Source: Phyllobates terribilis (taxonomy: Eukaryota). Taken from it: a stretch of 64,000 bases of DNA. How positions within the stretch are numbered: the first letter of the stretch is position 1; the number at the start of each line of letters is the position of its first letter. The stretch lies in NCBI RefSeq assembly GCF_046119375.1, contig NW_027362773.1, positions 113,646,001 to 113,710,000 of the forward strand. Reading direction: 5' to 3'. The translations under genes and the position numbers were made by a program. The notes below the pieces were generated by a model, which worked only from the letters and a program-made list of their open reading frames with translations, ran no database searches and had not been told where the DNA came from. Below, piece by piece: positions 23,318-35,300 of this stretch.

Positions 23318-26300
23318 GTGAGAGCGTGCCTGGGGTAGTGGGAGGTAGCATATGTCTGTGCAGTCACACAGTACCGGGCATGGCGGAGGGGGGCAGGGAC
23401 GCTGTGAGGGTGGCAGAATGGTGTGGCCCGGCTGTAGTCGGGTCAGCGGCGGCCGAGAGAGTTGTCAGGAGTGAAGTTCACTCTCCTCTTCACAGGCGGA
23501 CATCCGTGCATTACTGCGAGCAAATAGAGGAGTCCTAGCACTACCCCCAGCATCCACCCTATACTGTGTGATATGAATGGATCACCACCCCCAGCATCCA
23601 TCCTATATTGTGTGATAGGAATGGATCACCACCCCCAGCATCCACCCTTTACTGTGTGATAGGAATGGATCACAACCCCCAGCATCCACCCTCTGTGTGA
23701 TAGGAATGGATCACCACCCCCAGCATCCGCCCTCTACTGTGTGATAGGAATGGATCACCACCCCCAGCATCTGCCCTATACTGTGTGATAGGAATGGATC
23801 ACCACCCCCAGCATCCACCCTCTACTGTGTGATAGGAATGGATCACCACCCCCAGCATCCGCCCTATATTGTGTGATAGGACTGGATCACCACCCCCAGC
23901 ATCCACCCTCTACTGTGTGATAGGAATGGATCACCACCCCCAGCATCCACCCTATATTGTGTGATAAGAATGGATCACCACCCCCAGCATCCACCCTATA
24001 TTGTGTGATAAGAATGGATCACCACCCCCAGCATTCATTCCTATCACACAGTATAGGGCGGATCACCACCCCCAGTATCCACCCTATACTGTGTGATAAG
24101 AATGGATCACCACCCCCAGCATCCGCCCTATATTGTGTGATAGGAATGGATCACCACCCCCAGCATCCACCCTATACTGTGTGATAGGAATGGATCACCA
24201 CCCCCAGCAATCACCCTCTACTGTGTGATAGGAATGGATCACCACCCCCAGCATCCACCCTATATTGTGTGATAAGAATGGATCACCACCCCCAGCATCC
24301 ACCCTATATTGTGTGATAAGAATGGATCACCACCCCCAGCATCCGCCCTATACTGTGTGATAGGAATGGATCACCACCCCCAGCATCCGCCCTCTACTGT
24401 GTGATAGGAATGGATCACCACCCCCAGCATCCGCACTATATTGTGTGATAGGAATGGATCACCACCCCCAGCATCCGCCCTCTACTGTGTGATAGGAATG
24501 GATCACCACCCCCAGCATCCGCCCTCTACTGTGTGATAGGAATGGATCACCACCCCCAGCATCCGCCCTCTACTGTGTGATAGGAATGGATCACCACCCC
24601 CAGCATCCGCCCTCTACTGTGTGATAGGAATGGATCACCACCCCCAGCATCCGCCCTCTACTGTGTGATAGGAATGGATCACCACCCCCAGCATCCTCCC
24701 TCTACTGTTTGATAGGAATGGATCACCACTCCCAGCATCCGCCATATACTGTGTGATAGGAATGGATCACCACCCCCAGCATCCGCACTATACTGTGATA
24801 GGAATGGATCACCACCCCCAGCATCCGCACTATATTGTGTGATAGGAATGGATCACCACCCCCAGCATCCGCCCTATACTGTGTGATAGGAATGGATCAC
24901 CACCCCCAGCATCCGCCCTATACTGTGTGATAGGAATGGATCACCACCCCCAGCATCCGCCCTCTACTGTGTGATAGGAATGGATCACCACCCCCAGCAT
25001 CCGCCCTCTACTGTGTGATAGGAATGGATCACCACCCCCAGCATCCTCCCTCTACTGTTTGATAGGAATGGATCACCACTCCCAGCATCCGCCCTCTACT
25101 GTGTGATAGGAATGGATCACCACTCCCAGCATCCGCCCTCTACTGTGTGATAGGAATGGATCACCACTCCCAGCATCCGCCCTCTACTGTGTGATAGGAA
25201 TGGATCACTACCCCCAGCATCCGCCCTATACTGTGTGATAGGAATGGATCACTACCCCTAGCATCCGCCCTATACTGTGTGATAGGAATGGATCACCACC
25301 CCCAGCATCCGCCGCATACTGTGGGATCTTACTGTATCAATGTTTCCAGAGCTTTTTAGCAGTGGCGCCTCGCTCCTGGGCCTCCCCTCCACCTTGGCAT
25401 GTCACTATAGTACAGAAGGTGCTGACAGGTCTTTGTTCACGACTTTTCCAGTTACAGATCAGTGATTCCTTTCTGTGTTTCTCATTTTTCTTTTATCCAT
25501 TAAACATTTTTTGAGTAAGTGACTGATTGTCCAGGAATAGTGAGCTCCAGTGCATCGAAAGAGCGAGAAAAGCGAAGCAACCGCAAAATGTCCACAGCCC
25601 CTGTGCTGAACCATGAATCTCCATGGCAACAGACTGCATACAAGCCCCGTGTGGTCTCATTCAGCAAACACACGACTTATCCCTAACCTGCGCAATACAC
25701 AGTGACGGAGGGAAGTTTGTACAAATGTTCGGCCTTCCCGACTTTTTAACTCCATTTTTTTGTATATAGTTGAGTTCTTCTTTGTTTTTTGTTCCCAGAG
25801 AGCGTCGCGGGGGCACAAATGGTTAACTTAAAGTTACATTGTCAGAACTATGCTGTTTGGTCCCTTAAAGGGATTGTCCTGAACTTTACAGGTTGTGCAG
25901 ACCACAACGCTCCTGTGCTACTGATTCCCACCCACCTATTTATTCACCTTTTGGGGGGCTTCAACCTGTGCCCCATCCACACCACCACAGTGAATTGGTG
26001 GGGGTCCTCGGGACAAGCATTTTACTGCTCAGTGGGGGTCTCTGTAATGGGGAGGGAATTGCGCAGTGATCTCCTGTGTCTGTTCCCAGGATTTGTCACT
26101 TTTACTAAGTGATTCTTTTCTTCTCTCTTGCTCCTCTGTTATCCCTCCTGGAAATTTCTGAATAGTTTGACAGGTGGACTTCAATATTTATGGGTCTGTC
26201 CATTTCCAGGAGGAATAACTGAGGAACCATCTTTGCACAGATTTATAAGAAAGTGTCATAAAATATTTTATTACAAGCAGTTACTAGATCACACACGTCA

Positions 26301-29300
26301 GGAGTGGTGACGGATCCACTTTCTATACAAGGAAGGTGTTTGCAAATTGTACCTCTGTGTGACTTGGCAGCACATTGTATTTTTTTAATTTCCTTTTATT
26401 TATTGCTGGATGGGTTTATAAAGCAAAATATGTTTGCCAGAAAAACTCCTTTATAGCCACAGGAAACACCTGTCAGCCATATTTTATATCCTTATACATG
26501 TAATGTGCTTGAACCAATCATTAGATGCACCTTGTCATATTTCATGGCTGAGATGTGCCCGCATTATAAGATAGGGGGGGAAACTAAACGTAAGACCCTC
26601 ACCCATCCCCCGCTGCTCCCGTTCTGACCCTTCACCCCCCCCTGCAGCTCCCGTTCTGACCCTTCACCCCCTCCTCCCCCTGCAGCTCCCGTTCTGACCC
26701 TTCACCGCCCTCCTTCCCCTGCAGCTCCCGTTCTGACCCTTCACCCCCCCTCCTTCCCCTGCAGCTCCCGTTCTGACCCTTCACCCCCCCCTCCTTCCCC
26801 TGCAGCTCCCGTTCTGACCCTTCACCCCCCCTCCTTCCCCTGCAGCTCCCGTTCTGACCCTAAACCCCCCCTCCTTCCCCTGCAGCTCCCGTTCTGACCC
26901 TAAACCCCCCCTCCTTCCCCTGCAGCTCCCGTTCTGACCCTTCACCCCCCCCTTCCCCTGCAGCTCCCGTTCTGACCCTTCACCCCCCCTCCTTCCCCTG
27001 CAGCTCCCGTTCTGACCCTTCACCCCCCCTCCTTCCCCTGCAGCTCCCGTTCTGACCCTTCACCCCCCCTCCTTCCCCTGCAGCTCCCGTTCTGACCCTT
27101 CACCCCCCCTCCTTCCCCTGCAGCTCCCGTTCTGACCCTTCACCCCCCCTCCATCCCCTGCAGCTCCCGTTCTGACCCTTCACCCCCCCTCCTTCTCCTG
27201 CAGCTCCCGTTCTGACCCTTCACCCCCCCTCCTTCCCCTGCAGCTCCCGTTCTGACCCTTCACCCCCCCTCCTTCCCCTGCAGCTCCCGTTCTGACCCTT
27301 CACCCCCCCTCCTTCCCCTGCAGCTCCCGTTCTGATCCTTCACCCCCCCTCCTCCCCCTGCAGCTCCCGTTCTGACCCTTCACCCTCCCTCCTCCCCCTG
27401 CTGCTCCCGTTCTGACCCTTCACCCCCCCTCCTCCCCCTGCAGCTCCCGTTCTGACCCTTCACCCCCCCTCCTTCCCCTGCAGCTCCCGTTCTGACCCTT
27501 CACCCCCCCTCCTTCCCCTGCAGCTCCCGTTCTGACCCTTCACCCCCCCCTCTTTCCCCTGCAGCTCCCGTTCTGACCCTTCACCCCCCCTCCTTCCCCT
27601 GCAGCTCCCGTTCTGACCCTTCACCCCCCCTCTTTCCCCTGCAGCTCCCGTTCTGACCCTTCACCCCCCCTCCTTCCTCTGCAGCTCCCGTTCTGACCCT
27701 TCACCCCCCCCTCCTCCCCCTGCAGCTCCCGTTCTGACCCTTCACCCCCCCTCCTCCCCCTGCAGCTCCCGTTCTGACCCTTCACCCCCCCTCCTCCCCC
27801 TGCTGCTCCCGTTCTGACCCTTCACCCCCCCTCCTCCCCCTGCAGCTCCCGTTCTGACCCTTCACCCCCCCTCCTCCCCCTGCTGCTCCCGTTCTGACCC
27901 TTCATCCCCCCCCCCCTCCTTCCCCTGCAGCTCCCGTTCTGACCCTTCACCCCCCCCTCCTTCCCCTGCAGCTCCCGTTCTGACCCTTCATCCCCCCCCC
28001 CCTCCTTCCCCTGCAGCTCCCGTTCTGACCCTTCACCCCCCCCTCCTTCCCCTGCAGCTCCCGTTCTGACCCTTCACCCCCCCCTCCTTCCCCTGCAGCT
28101 CCCGTTCTGACCCTTCACCCCCCCTGCAGCTCCCGTTCTGACCCTTCACCCCCTCCTCCCCCTGCAGCTCCCGTTCTGACCCTTCACCTCCCCTCCTCCC
28201 CCTGCTGCTCCCGTTCTGACCCTTCACCCCCCCTCCTCCCCCTGCAGCTCCCGTTCTGACCCTTCACCCCCCCTCCTTCCCCTGCAGCTCCCGTTCTGAC
28301 CCTTCACCCCCTCCTCCCCCTGCAGCTCCCGTTCTGATCCTCCAGTTACTTTCTTTGCATTATTTCCCCCATTGTGTCGTTATTTTCTGACCGATCTATG
28401 GAACGTCTAGTGATCCTCTCCCTGTCTCTCTTCTAGGCTCCTTGGGATCGCTCTCGTGTTCTCGGTCTGTCTTACTCCTGGCCTGAGTGTCGATAGGAGC
28501 AATTTCAAGACATGTGAACAGAGCTCGTTCTGCAAGTAAGTGACCCGAATATTTCAAGCCTCTGTGCACATTTGCATACCTGCTTTGCAAATATTACAAT
28601 AACTGCACCCACTAGGCGATGCTCATTGCTGGCAGTGCCCGGAGTGCTGGCGCAGATGGAGATGGTTGCACTGTGCAAGGCTCATTCTAGACCTTTCTAT
28701 GTAAAGTACAGGGGGGACCCCCGGACCCTTTTCTGCCCAGGGCATCAGAAGTCTCGTCTCTGGGTTCCCTATTCACGGCAGGAGACCGCAGCGCGGGGCG
28801 GGCGAGCGGCAGGCTGCACTTACGGTCTCCATCTCTAGCATCGCTGACCACTGAGGTTGGGAGTGCAGCCATTATTTAAGCTATCGTATTAATAATTCCA
28901 CTAATGTATGTGTAATCTGGTCTGATACAGACGTCACGCTTCAGGCCCCCCCCGCGGTCGTGCAGACTCCACATGACTGCACTTAAGTAAAAGGTGCGCT
29001 AATAATTAGTAGATGATAGAAATTAAAAGGGCCATTTGCATTTCATTAAGTGATTTCTTGCTAAGATACATCATCAATTTATGATCATGATGTCTGGGAT
29101 TCCTCACTGATTCTGAGAAAGACGGGACATTGGGCGGGTTTGATTTTTAACTACTTTGATCCCAGACCTTCTTCTACTCCAGCTCTGTAGGGAGGAGGGA
29201 ATAAGCCGCTGTCAGACGCTCTGGTAGCACCGTGCATGTTAAAATCCAGCGTGTGGGATCAGCCTCCCAACATCTATCTAATTAGGGGCAGGACAACACA

Positions 29301-32300
29301 AAGTACTTTAATCGGCTCATCCTGCCAAACTGGCTGGTTCGCCCTCCGTAGGGGTGTGATCACCCGTATAAAGGAGTGACCTCGGGTCTGCTTTAAGGGA
29401 GAAAGTAAGTCTTCCAGGTGCAACTGCCAAAGTGATTAGTACTATTACGGCTGGCATGTCATTATATTTTTTCTAATGTGTAATATATAATATATGCACA
29501 CACCCACATTACACTGTAGAAAAAATATATTAAGGCAGCACTCCAGATAAATAAAATTTTTATAAAAAATGGACTTTATTGAGCCCAAATGGCGACGTTT
29601 CGGATCATAGAATTTGAGAAAGGTTCTATGAACCGAAATGTCGCCATTTGGGCTCAAATTCAATTTTAGAAAAAATGGACTTTATCTGGAGTGCTGCCTT
29701 AATATATTTTTCTATTAAGATGCAATTTGGACAGGTTGCTTGGAGGCCTGGCACCCACCGTGAGTAAATGTAAAATGGTGCTGAGATATATATATTATAC
29801 CGCTAAACTCTATCCGCCCCAAATAATGTTCTTGATGAGAGCTCATGTTTAACCTCCACTCCTTTCATTGTCTATGAAAGTCCAGCGCTCAGCAGTCCCA
29901 TAGACAATGGGCAGAGCGCAGGCTGAACACGAGCACCTCCCGCTACTTTCAAGTAGGGGCTCTGCAGAATTCAGTTCTAGGGGTCCCAATCACTGTTCTC
30001 AATTATTAAGGGGGGTCCTGTGATCAGCAAGATATCCTCTAATCTTATAGTTGGAGAGATCTATTTTGAGAATAGCCCTGATGTAGAGCAGATTGTTTTT
30101 TTTTATCTTCAGCCCCCTGCCGTCTGTTCTTGGTTTTTAGTTGTCTTTTATTCTCCATGTTCTTGTAGACGTCAGCGCAAGCTGGAGCCGGGACCCTCTC
30201 AATATCGGGCTTTGCTGGGAAGCGCGAAACTGACTGCGGATAAACTTGAAATCCAGCTCATTAATGACCAGACCCAGGTAAGATCACAGCAGGATCGATC
30301 ATCCCTTCAGTGTACGGGCTACTAGTCCTCACAGCCGCAGGGTAATTTTTAGGTCCGTATTAAGCCTCATTCACACGTCCGTTTTTCATGGATAGAACCC
30401 CTAACCGCTAAAGTCTATGGGGTTCTTCACATGTCCATGTTTGACTGAGGGGGGATCCTAAAAAACAAAGGCATCCATTTTTATTTATTTTTTTATTCAT
30501 GTTGCAGATCAAACTCCCATAATTAGAACCTTTGAAAGTCTTGGACAGCTTACTGATGTCCTCTTAGTTGCATCCTTGTGCTGTCCGATTTCCACTGTTT
30601 GCTAGTGGAAGCTGGGACGTTTCTATCAGTTTTTTTTTTTTAATGCTGATGGAAATCGGTCCATTTTTTGGAATGCAAGAAAAATGAGGTCTTAGCTTAT
30701 TTCCGGAGCAGTTATTAAATAATCCCATTCATTTCACTTCCTCCTAGGTTTCCCTCCTTCTGGAAGTCTTCGGGCTTCATGGAAACATGACCCGTATTAA
30801 GATCAATGAGATCAAGCCTCTAAAACCCCGTTACGAGGTTCCTGATGTGCTGCTTGGGACTCCCACCCCTGAAAAGTAAGTGAACCCACGGCGGTAGATG
30901 TTCCGTCCTTACAGCTTTATTTGCATACAGGTGTGTTCATGAATTATCCGACAGTCTGCAGGTAACCGGACAGGACGACAACACTCTGGAGCTGTCCCTG
31001 GGGAGCGAGGAGCACAAGCTGCTGGTGACCGGATCGCCTTTCCGACTGGACATCCTGGCCGGGCGAGATCTGGTCCTGAGCGTAAACTCTCGCGGCTTAC
31101 TTTACTTCGAGCAGTTCAGGGAAAGGAAAGACACGTAAGTAATGGAGAGCGTCCACTAGTGATTGGGATGTAATTCTGGGAATAAATCATGGAATTATTG
31201 GGGGTTGGCCTTTTTTTAACCTGGGAATTGAAACTGAAATGTGTTTTTCTTTCTTTTTTGCTCTATGCCCCATCCCTTTTTTTTCTTTCTGCCCTTCTCC
31301 TCTCGTGCCCCATCACCTCCCAGTCTCTCGGCTAAAGTTAGTAGCGCTGTCGGTAACATGTGGCATAAAGTGAAGAGTCTTTTCTCTAGGTAATCATTGA
31401 TCCCGCTTGCAAACTTGACTTGACACACATGACTGACATACTAGAGTTCTGACTTAGATTAACACAGGCGAGAGTTAAAGGGAGACATAAAAGCGGCAGG
31501 TAGTAATCTAGTAGGGGACCAAGTGTTACTTTTACTATGGTGGGTTCCAAGCAAAAAGAGCTTGGTTTAAAGGGGTTTTCTGGTTTCAGAAGACTTCTTT
31601 TCCCCAGGTGCTGAGCTTTACTCACCCTCCCCAGGTCCAACACTGAGTCTCCGCTGCTGCTGCTCCTGGTGTCTTGTTGAACTCGGATCTTCATACTGTG
31701 AACTTGGGCAGAAGCCGCTGAGATTTATTGGCGGCAGCTTTGTTGATGTGACATCAGTGCAACAGACACTGGAGACTGTCGTGCTTTCCTCATCCTCCCC
31801 AGGTCCATTTGTTGTTTTTATTTAAAATAAAATAAAAAAACTGCAGGTAAGGCCAGAGTTTTCTAAAACCTCTTTTAAGGGGTATGTTTAGCAAATTATT
31901 ATTTTGCAGCAGTTAGTTGCCTTATGTTAAAGTGCCCATACACGCTGTTGACCAAAACTGCAGATTTGCATTGTCAAACTATGTACTGTGTTTTGGGGTC
32001 GCCCAACTCTCCCCTTATCCATATCCCACAGTGGAGATGAGCCTCATCCAGAAAGGTCTAGCAGTTATGGAGCAGGGATTCGTCCTACAACGATCCATTC
32101 CTATGTGTATGTCCGCTGTTGAGAAGGGACACGTATAACATGTAGGAAAAAAAGCATCATGATATATCTCTGGGATTTCATTGCAGTAGAGAAGTGGAGA
32201 ATATTACTAAGTATTTTCTGCATTTTTTTTTTTTTTGTAAACTTTTGGGTTCTCGGCGGCTCCATAGGAGAGTGCTGGAGAGGTGCTGGCTCCAGCGCTT

Positions 32301-35300
32301 ACAGAATATAATATGGTTGTTCAGTGATGGAGAGCGCACAGACGGCGGCCGGTCCATGCTGCTAATGAGCGCGAACTAGAGACATGATTACAGCGCACAC
32401 TCCTGTAATATTTGAACTTTTTAAAGGGGTATTCCCATCAAAGTTCCTATCTCAATATATTATTATTATTATTTAATAATATAAAAATAATATAATACAA
32501 ATAATATTTTTATTATTTTATTACTAATATATGCCTCAAATTAGAAATGTAGTATAGTTTTTCTGATTCGCTATGTTGCTTACCCCGTGTGCAGGACAGA
32601 TAGTTGTTAGTGCTTGTAACCATAGATACCTAAGGTATTGCAATGCCATGCACATGAGGTAATCAGAAGAACTATACTACATTTCTAATTGGAGGTATTT
32701 GCTAATATTAGTATTACAACTACTACATATTGGGATAGGATCTTGAAAATGGGAAATACCCCTTTTAACTTTCCTTGGCTGCCATTTTTGTGCCTTTTCC
32801 TGGGATGACTGTAGTAAGGGACACGTCTTGGTTTCCAGTCTAGACTACTGATAAGTTATCGTATGAGCTTCACGACCGAGCGGCAGAGAATGACGGCAAT
32901 AACCCACTACACATAGCCTTAGACGTCCTGTCCCTTCATCATCACGTGCCCTCCTCATCTTCTAACCCTCTCCCTCCTCTCTACCTTGCCTCTGTTTCTA
33001 TATGTCCCATCCTCCTGGAAGCGTCACTCCTCACCCCTCGTCTTTGTTCGGCTTGTAGTGATTCAGAGAAGACGGATGAACCCACGGGAAGTGATAATGA
33101 AAACCAAGGAGAGGAGGAAGTGGCAAAGGAAGAGGAAGGCAAGAAGGTGAGAAAGGGGGATGGCAAAAAAAATACATGGAAAACAAAATATTTGGCATTT
33201 TTACTTAAAGGATAATGTACAAGGGAGGGGAATAATAGACACAATGCTCATGTGCATGTGATATTGGGGCACAGGGGTTATCGGGATTGTGCAAGTGGTG
33301 CTGGTTTCCCCATGTGGCATTGAAGGACCCTGCTGTACACCGGCCAGGATGGCCTAGCGGGTATCGTGTGCATCTCAGATGTGCGCGATACCTTCCGGGC
33401 ATCAGACGGTTGCCTTGCAGCATGGTCTTAATACTTCCAATGCGGGAGTGAGACAGACGTGGTGCAGAACCCTTTTGAGTGTTGGTCTGGTTGGTCAATG
33501 TGATAACGCTTTCTATATTTCTTATTTTTGGCCAGGAAGAGGAGGACGAGCCAGGAACATGGGAAGAAACCTTTAAAACTCACACGGACAGCAAACCAAA
33601 TGGTAAGAAACTATGGTGACTGCAAATAGAAATCCCAGGGCAATAGTTGAGGGCAAATAAATCACCTTTCCTCTCGACAATACAATTCAAGTGTGCCCAT
33701 AAGATGTCTTCAGACGGGTAAAGTACCAGTTTCTAAGCCATCTGCAAAATCGGAGGCTCTGGCGAGCTGCTCAGGAGATGCCCTGGTTGCTCTAAGAACA
33801 CTAGGGAATCACAAACCGTCTTTCTTTTAAAATGCTAGGGACTTAGAAAACACTAAAAATGCACTGCTTGGGATGTGTTTCTCGTTCAGAATCATGGGAT
33901 AGTCTGCTGCCACCTGGAGGCTGACGCTATTACTGCATTTAAATAAACTTGGCTGGCAAGGTCCCACTCCAGCCCACCAACCTGTTTAACCTCGACCAGA
34001 TAAGGCCAAGGGGAGCTCAGATGGGCAAGTAGAGCAGCAGCACCCGGAACCTTCACAAGGACCGTCCCTTTAACTCCTCCGGAGCCGTGCAGCCTCTAGT
34101 AACTACCACACCAAGGGAAGGAATAGAGAGGGGAAGAAAGGGCTCACGACCAGGATATTCTTGCCTCTCCTGAAGATCTGGATCCCTTTAATTTCTGCGC
34201 TGCGTTATGTGGGGTGGTGGGCAAGAACTAGGTTGGCTTACAGACTTCCACCCCAGGACCTGACTACCGACAGTGTCAAGGTACATTAGTCCGGCCTCAC
34301 CGACATGAGAGGATACGGACTGAACAATTACAGCCTGTACTCTGTCGCTACATGGGTGAAACAGAGTGCACGGTTCCCTGGAGACATCCATCTGAAGCAC
34401 AAAATCAAAATGGTTAGTGCCTAACTTAAGACAGTTCTGAGACAGACCTCGCCTCCTACTGCCACTACACTAAGCTGAGGAAGCCTGAGGCTAGAAGGCG
34501 AGGTATAGTCTGCTGGGGAGGAACCAGTAAATGCAATAATGGTATCAGCCTCCAGGTGGCAGTAGAGTGCCCCATGGTTCTGTGTTCCCCAGTGAAGACT
34601 GCAAGAAACAGATTTTACGGTGAGTACCAAAAATCTACTTTTACACATTTACTTGCAGCCAACTTGCAACGTTTAGCACTGCAAGGAAATGCTGCGAAAA
34701 ATGACCTTTTTTTTCAAAAGCATTTGAGCCTGAAACCAGTTTTGCATATTGAAGCAGAGGCCTGGGAATCCTGAACGATTCTGGCAGATATTCTTGTATT
34801 GTATAAAGTATCCCAGCAGGACATTGTGTGGTCTGTGCTGCACAGCCAGCGCCTGGCCTGCTCTTCCACCTGTGCTTGCTCCTGGAGCTGTGCTGTTATC
34901 TTAATATCAATTTCATTGGATGTTTCATACGTACATTTGTGGTCTGACTACTGCGATGTCTACCAGCCGCAGCTCATCTGACCCGACCTCATCAGTCTCG
35001 TGTATACCTATGACACTATTATGTTTGGGTCAGGAGACCTGCTGAGGGTCCAGACATCATAGCCCATACTCGGACCGTAAATGTTGGACACGTTGAATGC
35101 AGCCACAATGTGACTCTACTTGACCTTGTTGATCTCTTGCAGGTCCTTCTTCTGTGGGTCTTGATTTCTCGTTACCGGGATTTGAACACGTTTACGGGAT
35201 TCCAGAACACGCGGACAACCTCCGACTACGGACAACAGAGTGAGGAGGACTTGTGTATTTCTCCTTGTTTCTGGTTATCATTACATTAGATCCAGCGTCA

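Noticed and set aside
33690-34800. Non-repetitive intronic stretch in GANAB intron 8, possibly an old DIRS gag remnant or ncRNA
   Set aside because: Only a faint WES-like motif; no snoRNA boxes or sustained ORF that I can support
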